From assembly GCA_013265495.1 (NCBI GenBank), contig MU058065.1:6882302-6946301 (forward strand): a DNA stretch of 64,000 nucleotides, in the 5' to 3' direction. Every line of letters starts with the position of its first letter. Position 1 is the stretch's first letter. A model generated the notes under the pieces. That model searched no databases. It was not told the DNA's origin and saw only the letters and a list, made by a program, of their open reading frames with translations. A program made the translations under genes and the position numbers. Source of the DNA: Vicugna vicugna. Lineage: Eukaryota. Below are positions 63,946-64,000 of this stretch, piece by piece.

Positions 63946-64000
63946 GCAAATTTGCATGTCAGTGTGGTTCTTTGGGGGCCTTTAAGCACTGGCATGTGTG

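Noticed and set aside
1..64000. CRISPR arrays, prokaryotic operons, intact retroviral or transposase genes, or a novel multi-gene system
   Set aside because: None seen. There are no regularly spaced repeat-spacer units and no long ORFs with protein-like features; the content is explained by TNS1 exons, regulatory DNA and old mammalian repeats.

Overview
This is mammalian genomic DNA, most likely from a camelid, judging by three young tRNA-derived SINEs of the Vic-1 type. It covers the 5' part of TNS1 (tensin 1) on the + strand. Two alternative first coding exons are present: 11828-11923 (MTRLSWCFSCVIQW...RRQ) and 19160-19192 (MTWICLSCMLW). Both end in phase 0 and splice in frame to a shared exon (31044-31158) and a 38-nt exon (42426-42463). 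Those two exons encode almost all of the N-terminal C1 zinc-finger domain; the last Cys and the rest of the gene lie beyond the window. The remainder is intronic or upstream DNA with CpG-rich promoter-like regions, a CTCF site with its upstream module, and many old repeats (MIR, L2, L1M, MLT1/MLT2, MER5A), some nested. Nearly all ORF-track entries are non-coding noise. I found no evidence of a new protein-coding system. The most interesting observations are a self-complementary, U1-5'-end-like sequence over the exon 1A splice donor, a shared Cys/Trp motif in the two alternative N-termini, a CpG island around an internal micro-exon, and a nested L1-in-SINE insertion. Gene and repeat-family names come from recall of known sequences, not from searches, and old-repeat boundaries are approximate.
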